A DNA stretch of 64,000 bases, from assembly GCA_051294905.1 (NCBI GenBank), contig CM119372.1, positions 1,426,001 through 1,490,000 of the forward strand, given 5' to 3'. Shown piece by piece: positions 12,344-23,900 of this stretch. Position 1 is the stretch's first letter, and the number at the start of each line of letters is the position of its first letter. This DNA comes from Botryllus schlosseri. Its lineage: Eukaryota. Position numbers and translations under genes: made by a program. The notes beneath the pieces are model-generated. The model was not told the DNA's origin and made no database searches. It saw only the letters and a list, made by a program, of their open reading frames with translations.

Positions 12344-13062
12344 TTACATTATGGCATCCTCTGTTGGGGGGCTGCCAGTAAAACTGCACTCAAGCCACTG
12401 CAGAAACTACAGCATAAAGTACTCCGAATCATAGCTAGGGCCCCAAAGGGGCCTGGCTGCCCATCCAATAAGTCGCTGCTGAAGAGATTCGGCGTCCTAA
12501 ACATAGAAGATATGCGGAAACTAGAAATCGCCAAGTTTATGTATCAGTTTCACTGCGGTCGTTGCCCCGAATATTTCAATGACTTCTTTACCTCGGAATC
12601 AAAAGCGCACAAGTACAACACACGCGCGTCCACGTCGTCCAAATATCATATGATCGACCGAAAAGATCATCGCTCTATCAAATATGCCGGACCTGATGTG
12701 TGGAACAGTATCCCGCCGGCCATCCGACAGTCGACGAGCATGTCCACATTCAAGTCGAAATACAAGCAATTACTACTAAATAAATACAGTCCATCCTCAA
12801 GATTACCGGACCACGACTGACCTATCGATCTCGCTTCCCATGACATGCCGCCCTATTTCTTGTCGCTTTCTTTTTCAATACTATCTTCTTTACTTTCATT
12901 CAGTGTGCATGCCTCCTCTTTACATCGCCTAGGCCAAGGTGGGTGTCAGATTCAATAGACAACCTAGTCGCTTCGACATCTTCCTTTCTTTCATTGTATC
13001 GCATTTTTTGTGGTGTATTGAACTGATAAAATTGCTAATAAAACAATGATGATGATGATGAT
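12344..13062 (+). mobile_element. 5'-truncated non-LTR retrotransposon (CR1/L2 group, Crack/Daphne-like): ORF2 C-terminus, 3' UTR and (GAT)n tail
   Basis: Open frame 12344-12820 LHYGILCWG...LQKLQHKVLRII...LEIAKFMY...HKYNTR...SIKYAGPDVWNSIP...FKSKYKQLLL; AATAAA then (GAT)n at about 13047-13062. Confidence 0.88.
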
Positions 13063-13244
13063 TGTGCTTTATTGATTGGACGAAATTTTTAATCATAAAC
13101 TGAACTGCACATTCTCGTTTGTTACAGTAGCTGCCAATAGGCATATAGCAATCTTTTGTAGTGTTTTGAATACATGAAAATGTTAACATACCATTGAACG
13201 ACACTTTTAGGCATTCGTTATTGTCGCTTGACATTATCTTCTTT

Positions 13245-13405
13245 CAATCTATCAATCAGTTTTATTAATATTTTCATCATTTCAAAACATCACAAGACTG
13301 CGATACAATGAAAAGATAGGAAGGTGTCGAAACAACTTGGAGTAGCCTTTAAGATCAGACACCCACCTTAGCCTAGGCAAAGCAAGAAGAGGCATGCACA
13401 CTTTC
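13245..13405 (-). repeat. Inverted copy of the same LINE 3' UTR
   Basis: Reverse complement of 12905-13045. Confidence 0.75.
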
Positions 13406-13456
13406 ATTCAAGAGCTTCTTGGGAGGTACAGAACTTCAATATACAATTGCATAGTA

Positions 13457-15132
13457 CAGTGCTTTTCAACCTTTTTGAGCTCCATTCGCAATTTTTTTGT
13501 AAGATAAATTTCATTCGCACAAACTAACCGAAAATTGTTATGCAAAAAGAAAATGAAGATACTTAACAACATTTTGTTCATATGTGCAACAAATTGGCTA
13601 CTATGTAGCTTAAGCTACCAAGTGTCTCATTAAAAAGGCAACTTTTTTCGCTCGTTTCGATTTCAACTATTTCACTAAAACCCTTCTCGGCCAAACAAGT
13701 TGCTGGGTTTTATACAATAACATCTACTAGTGCTTGGATGGCCAGTTCTTAAAATCTGTTTCGCACTCCTATCCAAAATACAGCGTATTTTTCGAGAGTG
13801 AATAATGCTTGCTGGCAGAAATCGTTTTTGAGAGCTGACACAAAGGTCCCGGAGGTTCCAGTATGGCGAAAGGGTGAAAAACTCACATGTTTGTGTTGCG
13901 GCTTTTGCCTTATGTCTTGGAAAATAAGGTCCAAAACGACCAAGGATGCTCCAACTTCTGTTTTGTTATTTTTCCGATTTCCCATTTTCTGTCTCGCGAG
14001 TAAATGAGAAGCTGAGCAAATAATCTCACGATACCGTGTGCTCTGCTCTTTAACTCAATCTAACTTGAGAATTCAAAACAGTTTAATAACGGTGAAGCAG
14101 CTTTTTAGACTACCACCAAAATCTGAGTTTTTGTGGCATCTCGCGATCCTAACCTCACGCATGAAAAGGAATTCATTTTTTAATATTACAGTAGTATGCT
14201 ACGATTTTATTACGGACATGAATGACATACGGTCATTTTTGGCCAGTTATGTTTTTGGGACCGCGCATTTTATCAGCGGTTTGTTGGCCAAAACTTTACG
14301 TTTTAATGTGCCCCGACGCACAAGGGGTTGGCCTCGAAATGAATGAGTCTCAAAGTCATGAACTCGCTCGTTGCTCACGCCTACACTAGTTCATCCCAAC
14401 GGCATTCGACCATGTTTTCCAGAAAAACCAGTCGGACAAATCTTATCATGAATTCTCATGATAAAGCCATATTTAATGCGTGTCTCGCTCATTGGGTACA
14501 GTGCCCAACACAGTGACCTTCGATATGTAAAAAGACTAAAATCTATCGAAGGATTTTTGCAATAAAGTAAACAAATATTTCATACATATTAACAGATAGC
14601 TCTGGCATTGTGTCGAGCTTAAGTCTTGCAAACTTGCAACTTGCAAATGTGAGTCTGTTATGATGGTATTTACTGCTGTCATCGTGCCTCGCGCTAATCG
14701 AACAGTTATTACAAACGTATGATGATTGTTTAGCGAAGGAAAGCAGAAAGTAAATTTGACGTCATTTCTCCAGCCTGTCGCAGGCTCAGACGGGCTGATA
14801 TACTATTTGTCTGCCACTACATCAGCTTCCAAACCAGGCTTTCGGTTACGTGATAATTATAATGCGAAAATATTAATTCACTACGGCTTGTGCGAGCCAC
14901 GATTAGTGTTGTGTCGTAAGTTAAACAAGTTTTTACAATTGCGTCTCAACTACAACAGTTACACTGCCCTTGAATTTCCTATTCACGTCAGTAAATATTC
15001 ACAATTATTCATGATTTTCATTCGCACTCATCCTGATTTTTCATTCGCACCATTCGCACCACCTTCGCCATTCGCACTGCAATTTTTTTCATTCGCACAA
15101 GTGCGAACCGTCACACCGGTTGAAAAGCACTG
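13457..15132. mobile_element. Non-autonomous hAT element (CAGTGCTTTTCAACC TIR, ATTCGCA subterminal repeats) inserted in a fold-back element
   Basis: Perfect 15-bp TIR; TSD GCATAGTA/GCATATTT (6/8). The flanks 13412-13456 and 15133-15250 rejoin into the fold-back arm seen at 16556. Inverted homolog at 54426-55780. Confidence 0.88.
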
Positions 15133-15379
15133 GCATATTTTATTCATATTGAAATGAACCCGAATATTTTCGACTGACACTCGTCAGGGGTAATCGTCAG
15201 CAACTAGTAGAGAATTGGAAAGGACATTGCATATCAACAATAGTATCACAAAATATGACGTCACCAGCATGAAAGAGAGAGCGTTCAATGTATATTTTTA
15301 GGTGGTACACGAACTCCTTTTGTTGACAGAGTTTTGGTTGGTATATTTTGATAAAAGTCGACTCCAAGGCACACAAATG

Positions 15380-15530
15380 GAAATGTGCATGCTTCCTCTT
15401 TACATCGCCCAGGCCCAGGTGGGTGTCTGATCTCCAGAACTACTCCAAGTCGTTTCGACACCTCCCTATCTTTTCATTGTATTGCAGTTTTGTGGTGTTT
15501 GGAAATAATGAAAATATTAATAAACTGATA
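15380..15530 (+). repeat. LINE 3' UTR copy
   Basis: gcatgcttcctctttacatcgcccaggcccaggtgggtgtctgat...ttttcattgtattgc...aataaa. Confidence 0.75.
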
Positions 15531-15939
15531 CTGAATTATATAGAAACATCAATTGCTGTCAGTTCATTTCATGCATTTCATTTGTAGGAAAACTCATCAA
15601 TTTAAAGCGTTACAAATTCCAAACGCAACTTGCGGATGTCAGTATTTATTTATTTATTGAAATAAACCTTCGTCTGCTTCCGCAATGATGGTCGCGAGTG
15701 ACGAGATGATAATTATAGTTGAACAATTGATAACCAGTCGGAACTCAGCTCCAGACATATAAAAAAATAATTCCGTCGAGAGAGGGCGCTAAGTCGCATT
15801 AGCAACAGCCATCAGTGGTGTTGGTATTTTGCTTGTTGAATATCCGAACGCGCCAGACGGCTTGCATACCTCAGGAGAAATCTGCAGTGTGAAAACTGTC
15901 AAATAATATGTCACCCTGTATTAAAATATGTCGTGGAAT

Positions 15940-16440
15940 AGCCATATTTAGCCACTATGGAGAACAAGTTACGCGCTACGGGTTCCTGGGTCCACAACTA
16001 GAGCTCACGAAAAGCTACCTGACTGGGAGATATCAAATGGTTTCGATATCCAACACCTTGTCCTCCCCCCACCTTGTTACCTGTGGTGTTCCGCAAGGCT
16101 CAGTTCATGGACTGGTCCTTTTTACCTTTATATGTCAATGATATCTTTGAAACCTCATCATCGAATACCACACTGTTCGCTGACGATACCGACCTCCTAT
16201 CTCACGCATCTACTACCGCAAGCCTGAATGCCGTCACCCCTGATCAAATGCCCAAAGTGCATGAGTGAACGTCCCATGATAGCCTTCGGGGTACCGCTGC
16301 GAAATCCCAATTATTCGTCGTGAACTCCTGCGATAACCTAACCGCTGACATCGCTGGCCAACCAATTTCCAACGCTATAAATGCCAAATACCATGGTGTT
16401 TTACTGGATTTGGACATGTCTTGGAAGAGTCACATACAAT
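15940..16440 (+). mobile_element. Degraded reverse transcriptase core of a CR1/L2-group LINE
   Basis: Frameshifted motifs KSYLTGRYQMV, GVPQGSV, YVNDI, LFADDT, KYHGVLLD...SWKSHI. Further pieces of probably the same copy lie at about 17088-17173 and 20133-20600. Confidence 0.8.
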
Positions 16441-16555
16441 CAGGGTTGCATTTAAAACAGACAGTGTTTTAAAACACTTTGTTCAAAAATGTTTTTTTTT
16501 TAAGTTGCAAAATTGTGCCATAATTGTGTAAATACTTTCCAAAAAACATGTTTGA

Positions 16556-16830
16556 AGAGCTTCTTGGAGGTACAGAACTTCAATATACAATTAAATAGTA
16601 TATTCATATTGAAATGAACCCGAATATTTTCGGCTGACACTCGTCAGGGGTAATCGTCAGCAACTAGTAGAGAATTGGAAAGAAAATTGTATATCGTGTA
16701 ACATTGTATATTGTGATACGATTGTTGATATACAATGTTCTTTCCAATTCTCCACTAGTTGCTGACGATTACCCCTGACGAGTGTCAGCCGAAAATATTC
16801 GGGCTCATTTCAATATGAATATACTATTTA
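16556..16830. mobile_element. Fold-back (near-palindromic) MITE
   Basis: Arms of about 104 bp (16592-16695 and 16727-16830) are near-perfect reverse complements. Family end gagcttcttggaggtacagaac. Other copies at 13412, 33154 and about 36690. Confidence 0.85.
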
Positions 16831-16919
16831 AAAAACATGTTGCATGAGCCTACGGACAATTACAACCAGATATAGCCGACGTATATCGATATGGGATGGT
16901 TGGAACTCTCAAAATAATT

Positions 16920-17085
16920 TCATTCAGTGTGAATGCCTCCTCTTTACATCGCCTAGGCCAAGGTCGGTGTCTGATTCCAAAGACTATTCCAAGTCGCTTC
17001 GACGCCTTCCTATCTTTTCTTTGTATCGCATTTTTGTGGTATATTAAACTGATAAAATTGTAAATAAACCAACCAACCAACCAAC
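16920..17085 (+). repeat. LINE 3' UTR copy with (AACC)n tail
   Basis: Matches 12900-13045 and ends aataaaccaaccaaccaaccaac. Confidence 0.75.
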
Positions 17086-17357
17086 GCGTCTAACACAAAA
17101 TACATGAGGAAGGAATTGCCATCGCCGTGTAACAGCTCCGTTGTGGTCTCTGTCCTGCTGAATCTGATACAGACCGGGGCGGCCAACCCGTGGCCTGCGG
17201 GCCAGATGTGGTCCACGAGAAGGTTTTGAGTGGCCCGCGAGGCAATTCTCGAAATTAGTTATAATATCACAGAAAAAATATATTACCGAGCAAAGTTATT
17301 GTGAACTTGCGAGGCCAACCGAAAATTTGATTAACCTGATCGAGATGATATGTAGAA

Positions 17358-19472
17358 AGGCGCCGAACGCTAATTTTCCTTAGGTATGCGGGTTCGATGA
17401 CGTCACAAAGGAATGACGTCTTAATTTGACGGAATTGATAATTAGGGTTAATGTAGCATCAATTCATGAGGGTTAAGTGCATGCGTAAATGCCGATTATA
17501 CATTCGCCTCGTGTTAACGAACTTGCGCGTATGATAAGCTTGTCAACGAGTCCGGAAGTGCCGTAAATTAGCGAGTCCCTGATCGCTCGCGAACAATTAA
17601 ATACGACTCTTATCAACGCGTATTACGTAACCTGGGCAACGATTTGCGCAAGGCAAAATTTTCGAGTTGTTATGGAATCTGTTCTATAATGGCACCGATT
17701 TAAGGTTGCTCAAACCTTTCTCGTCTTTTACAACTCAAGCCTTGACACACATCTTCTGATAGTTATGTTTAAGAATTAGCGGAATTCAATTACGCATGCA
17801 CGGCGCCCGCACAATCGCACATGTCTGCGGACGTTCGATGTCATTCAGTTTAGCGATATCACTCTTTAATCACCATCGCTAATCAGCATACATCTAACGG
17901 CATCGTCTCCAAGCCATCGAGAGATTGGAGCAAACGCATGCCAGGCTAGAGACGCGATAGTTGGCCACTGGTCAGGGTCACTTGTCAGTGGCCAGCGATG
18001 GTATCTTCCGTACCAGGCCTGTTGCAGATGCGATTGTGTAGGCAAGCGATGGTATTGTGCGCGCCAATGCAGATGCGATAGTGCAGGCTAGCGATGGTAC
18101 AGTACGCACCGGGACTACTGCTGATGTGATTTTTCAAGCCAGTGAAACTAGGCTTGTTGGAGACGTGACAAATCAGGCAAGCGTCCCAAGCGACGATTGC
18201 CGAGCGCACGGCAATCAATGACATAATTTCGCGATCATCTCAGCGGGAAATCGCGTCGCGTTACATTTTGCACAGACGAATCTCGCTAATTGGCAACACG
18301 CTTCTTGCTAATTGGCCGCGCGCAGTGGGTTACCTCGCTCACATAAGCGGCAGCAGGTAATGTCGTAAACGGAAATACATTGAGATTTGTTCTAAATAAC
18401 ACAATCGGGGTTTATGCCAATTCATGCCAAACCGAATTCTAGGTATGCCGCATACCTAACAAAATGTCTAGGTATGCGTGGCATAGGGGAAATGTGGTAC
18501 CGATGGATCACTGGGACCGAAAATACTTTGAAAATTCTCCATGATAATTCCATGATTACACTTCGTGAACATGTCTAAAATTGCATGCTGTCAAAATCTT
18601 TCCTCACATACAAAAAATTTGGACGTGCGCGAGCTATGGGGTCTCTTACAGATGTTTTTTGTTTTAGGGGGTGTAAACTAAATTTAAATCGACATATACA
18701 TTTTTCTTTGTAACCTTCAACAAGAGCAAACCAGCAATCATTTTTATTGTGAAGTGTAGGGCTTGTATCAGGCTATATAATGGCACCTATTATTTTTTCA
18801 GTACCTTCCTTGAGTGGAATTTTTTTCGATTCATGTATAAAATTCGTAGGGTGGGGACCGATGATACAATGGCCAAATCAAGCAAAATAATCAAGTGTAC
18901 TAATCATGAAACAAATGAAACATGCCTACGTACAGAAAATCTTCATGTAATAATTGCATATGATGCTTTATCGCTATAACGAGGTATTTGGAAGTCACAC
19001 TGTCGATTTTAGGGCAATATGTATGTACCCTCAAATTTATAAGTTCGAGCCAAAATCAAAACGTGATTTTATGGCAACATTTGAGTTAATATTGATTCTA
19101 TTTTTTGACGGTTGCGACCAAACATTCTTCTTTGGCTTGCTGTAGCTTAGATTACAATACTGAGCAAGAAAAGATGTCACATTTGAGTTTTTAGGGTATA
19201 TGTGTCATAGGTCCCCGGGTCGTGTGCCATTGGACCCACCGGGTGGGGACCGATGATACGTTCGAGCAACAAATTTTGAACGTCCATAAATATTTTTTGA
19301 AAAGACGAATATTCATGTATATGTGCGCGATAGGTAGAGCTTGTATCAAAGTGCTGAGCCAGTAAAAGATCTGCTGTTCTCGGCTGAACATTTTGGGGCC
19401 AGCGATCATTTTCCAATTTTTGATCCATCGGTACCACATCTCCCCTACCTTGCATACCCAGGTTCGGCGCCT
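17358..19472. mobile_element. Non-autonomous TIR element (AGGCGCCGAAC termini, GGTATGC/GCATACC subterminal motifs), superfamily unclear
   Basis: 11-bp perfect TIR aggcgccgaac/gttcggcgcct flanked by TGTAGAA/AGTAGAA. Confidence 0.65.
18486..19445. mobile_element. TA-flanked MITE (Tc1/mariner-pogo-like) with 25-bp TIR
   Basis: ggggaaatgtggtaccgatggatca / tgatccatcggtaccacatctcccc, TA on both sides. An internal part recurs inverted at about 46555-46745. Confidence 0.85.
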
Positions 19473-20263
19473 AGTAGAACATTGATGACTAAAATATCGG
19501 TTCCGGCGCATTGCTGTAGCCAGGGGCCATCCACATTTTTCGTAGATCTTCGTATATGACCATTGACCAATGACCATAAAGTAGAATATTTTGTGGCATA
19601 TTTATTTGATTTCTTTCTTTTAGTATTGGTTCCCCCTTCCTGAAAATCAAAAATTAAAACTACTTTCAATTTGCAGAATTGATTCTAACCACATTCGCAA
19701 TTATGAGAGAACGTGTCGTCCAACATGCACTCGCAGAAACATCGTCAGCGATGAAACCTTAGCACAAAATAATAGACGCATATTCGTCGAAATCGTCGAT
19801 ATTGATATGTCCAAGGGCCGATCAATCCCGTCCTTGCCAAATTAGCTCAGTGGTATACAGAGGCGACCCGCAATACACGCAAGTAACATTATTTTTGACA
19901 GAATTCATTCATTACCCTTGAAAAAATGTAGCGCATCGCGCGGCTAGGCCACGGAGTTTTCATGTCATACTTATTATCGATTTTGATGCGTAGTTAAGTC
20001 CTGTTTTCACCGCTACCTAATCTGGTTCGCTCCTTTCCGACGACTAAAATTTAGTCACCAACATTCCAGTGGCCCGCGTAATCATTTGTAAATCTCATTT
20101 GGTCCTTCGGTCGAAAAGGTTGGCCACCCTTGAACCTGCATAAAGTATCATACACGTGCGGCCTCTTCGTCGAATTGCCACAGAGTAAGCGCGAGTTCTA
20201 GCAAAACGAAACATCCAATCAAGGTGGATGGGCTCTATGTGAGGTACCGTGTTCCCTTATAGA

Positions 20264-20529
20264 CAGAGGTGGTCAAAGTAGTCACCGTCGCTACTCAAGT
20301 AGAAGTAGAAGTAACGCCGGAATTTCTACTCAAGTAGAAGTAAGAGTGGTGGTTCACAAGTAAGTAAGTAAGTAGGTATTCTACGCTTATATTTGCCAAC
20401 GAAAATGAAAACTGTCAAGTAGAAGTAGAAGTAGTCTAAAATCATAACTACTTAAAAAGTAGTGTGAGTAGGCAAAATCTACTTCAAGTACTTCAAAAAG
20501 TAGAAGTACTTCGTTACTGACCACCTCTG
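20264..20529. mobile_element. hAT MITE (CAGAGGTGGTCA TIR, TACTCAAGTA/AGAAGT repeats)
   Basis: 12-bp TIR; perfect TSD CTTATAGA. Relatives at about 9531-10883, 40090-40350, 41955-42400 and 56780-57165. Confidence 0.9.
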
Positions 20530-20913
20530 CTTATAGATCAGACCATTCTCGTATGATCATTGACCACCTTCAAGTCTAAATACAAGCAACGTTTGCAGAG
20601 TATGAATGATGTAGCAAGTTAGTCGTTGTTAATTTACATGGATATTATAAATATTTGCTTCGCAAATCACAACGTACGTAATGAAATCACTGACTCTGTG
20701 TGCTCAATTGCAAGTGTGCTTGGAGCAGTTGTGTTAACCGAGATAGCAAACACGTTGGGATTTGCTCTCTATAAACGTATTACGACACATAGGAACACAT
20801 ACGCTCAGTGCAGAGGCCAATCAGATATACATTTCAGGAGCTTCGCATTGTCCCGTCACAGAGATTTTCTTTCATTTATAAAGTTCTCAAAGGAATCTCG
20901 GTAGAACAGAAAT

Positions 20914-23900
20914 ATGAAAGATAAGGATAAAGGAATAACAGGTGAGAATTTTTCTCTATTAGCGTAACAGGTATCGTAAATCCAAATATTATCTCTATTT
21001 CGACTCACATCGTAGTCTTACTTAAACTTAACCTAAGTTCATATTATTTTCACGATTTGCGCCAAATGCCACAAGTTGTTTGCATTTCCTGGCGCAGGAA
21101 TGGCATTGGGGTTAATCCATATTATTATTGACTCAAAACATGGTATTCTACTAAAATGATATAGCGAAACTTTTTCAAGTCTTGGTGTTAGATATTTGAC
21201 ACTTGTCTATCCTCATGCCCGTATGGCTGACCATGGTTCTTGCGTACCTATACATCAGTGGCTATTAATCGTATGTGTCCGTATTAGTGTGCGGGGAGGG
21301 AGGGATACTTAGATGGAGAGGACATGTGGCCCTGGGGTCGAAAAGGCCTACTACTAAATCTCGGGTTTCAAGTTGGACAGGTAGACCTACATACCTGACA
21401 TGGGGTGATTACTTCATGAATGTAATCGATTGCGATTACGATTACTTCTGAATCACGCGATTACGATTACGATTACAGCAAAACCAGGAAGTAGTCGATT
21501 ACGATTACGATTACATTGGAAAAGTAATCACGATTACTCACGATTACATTTATTTTGCATCTTAGTAGTTATATTGGAAGACAATACCTGGATTGCGCTG
21601 AAAACGCCTAGTGAGAAAACAACTTCATTTTAAAAAGATGCGACATTTGCTTGTTACGTCATAATGTACCCATTGCCCATTTTATAAAGGACGATTTATC
21701 GCACCCAACGATTTGCATTCTTGCTAGGTCCGCAACTCCCGCACCCAAAATTCCTTAATATGGTTGGGAGCGTGCTCGGAGGGGACTCAAAAGTATTTCG
21801 TAAACCAGCATAAATTATAGAGTATTTTCGAGAGATTTCATTGACTTGAAAATTCTCTTTGAGTTTTGCGATTTAAATGTCTCTAGATAGCTTGATTTTG
21901 AAATGCATATGTGTCCCCCTCAGGAAATGAAGCATGCATAATTCATAGTAATACGCAATTTTTGTGCCAGTCAATACCGCGCCCCATAGCACCAAAAGAC
22001 ATATGCAGTTTCGGCCAGCATGCGACTCCACGAAGAGTACTACATTAGCCAAAACTTAGGGTATATGTGTCCATTGTCAATAGCCGCGCTGGGTGGGCGT
22101 GACTAACAGTCCTGTCCTTCCAATCTGAGCCGATGATGCAAATGCCACTCGGACACCCTCAGAACATTAGACATGACAATTTGTGTGTGCGTCTCACGCA
22201 AGTTTTCCTTTTAGTCTGCTACGTTTAGGCCACTACAATATCTTTTGACTATACAACAGACCGGAGGTCACGAATTAACAACATATAATAAAGTAATTAT
22301 TGCAAGATACCAGACGTTATAATTATGAATTGCGCGCCTCCTGCTCTTCAGGTAAATCTAACAATCGGGGGTTGAGATAGGAGTTAAAATGCCATATAAT
22401 GCAATTACCAATATTATTGACGAAATTAAATCTTCAACTTGAAAATTGACTACCCAATGGGGGACCAAGACCAACGTTTAGAGTGGGGTACTATTTTGCT
22501 GTTTTGATCATGATTCTAGCTACAACCCACGCTGACATGGTATATAAGCCGATTGCTATGACGGCAGGTCCAAATGTTCAGTAAAGAATTGTGAAATAGC
22601 GATTGGCGTCCGTTTTGAGGAGAATAATATGAGAATAAGAAAAGGTGGACATAAAATTCTGCCTTCAACTTAATACAGATAATGCAATGCAAAGTGCCAT
22701 TACGAGAAACGGCAAAAACAAACGGCTCGGTTATGATATATATCAGCAGCTGTTGATTTTTAATGCTTTGTTGTGGAAACAGTAATGTTTTATTTGACGA
22801 GTTGGCCTACAAAAATTTTTACCTCTGTCTTGTGTACGTTCGTACCACATGGGCCTACTGCTCGCCAAGCAGCAACGGTCAAACTGCGTTTAACTAAACA
22901 TAATCAAACACTAATACAAAAGCTGCTATTTTAAACTAGGTCAGTGGTTCCCAACCGGAGGGAATTCCCCCTTGGGGGAATTTTGAAATTTTTAGGGGGG
23001 AATCTGGCTTCATGAGGGTTGTATCGCAAGATACACTGGGTTAACAAGGTTTTTAAATTTTTATGGTATAACTGTCAAGTATGAAACTATAGTTCTTTAC
23101 AAATGTATTACACTGGGTTAACAAGGTTTTTGAATTTTTATGGTATAACTGTCAAGTATGAAACTATAGTTCTTTACAAATGTATGTTTCTTTGGCGGAT
23201 TTTAAGCTAGGTGGATGTTTAAATGTCTTCCGTACATATTACACCCCCTGATAAAGTGAGGCTCACGAGAGGATTTCGTTAAGCCCGTGACAGCCTTTCG
23301 GCCAAATTGCTACTGAGCAGGAACAAGTCAAGCTGAATTCAAAACAAGGCCGCTGGCGAAAATGTTTGCCTTTTTATGCCAACATATGAGCTAACGTGAA
23401 AAACATACCAAATTCATCGATTCTACTCAAGGTCATAGCAAGCGGACTTAGTGATTTATTTTTCGTCAGCGGCTACCCGACCGGTAAAAACAGGTCAAAT
23501 TTAGCTGTACTTTACAAAAGTTGTAGTGCAGTCCGCATTCGACATAGCTCGGACATATCCGAATATGTTTGGCCATATATTGCTCAGTCAACAAATGGTT
23601 GTGCGTTAAAAAGCACCGTTTTTTGGTCACATGCAACTTTTTCTTTGGGGTGGGGTGGGGGGGAAATGTATATTGATAACCCGATTTACAGCACGGTGGG
23701 TGTTCTTACAATCACACAAATGTACATCGGATATCTAATTACTATGTGTGGATACTTCTTACGCAAAGACGAGGAAAGCTAATAGGCTACTTCTGACGTA
23801 ATAATGAACAGTGGCATTTGAAAATCAGACGTTTGTGCTCTCAATAACGGGTGTATTACCTCTTTCTTGTTCACTAATGTTCAGTTTATGACACAGTCCT

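Larger units (their letters stand above)
17174..20132. mobile_element. hAT MITE (GGCCCGCG subterminal type) carrying two nested insertions
   Basis: Imperfect TIR ccggggcggccaacc/ggttggccacccttg; TSD not preserved. Confidence 0.6.

Noticed and set aside
17690..17740. Minus-strand EKGLSNLK resembling the hAT dimerisation motif ERxFS
   Set aside because: Too short, with no surrounding open frame to support a transposase call.
21215..21270. MPVWLTMVLAYLYISGY as the TM1 exon of copy A
   Set aside because: It ends in a stop before the donor. The in-phase exon at 24898-24989 aligns with copy B and fits better.
21420..21550. GATTAC arrays (also 23960-24070 and 59340-59475) and GACTCGAG/CAAGT arrays as a CRISPR or novel repeat system
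   Set aside because: There are no unique spacers of constant length. They are subterminal repeats of TIR elements with 8-bp TSDs in a eukaryotic genome.
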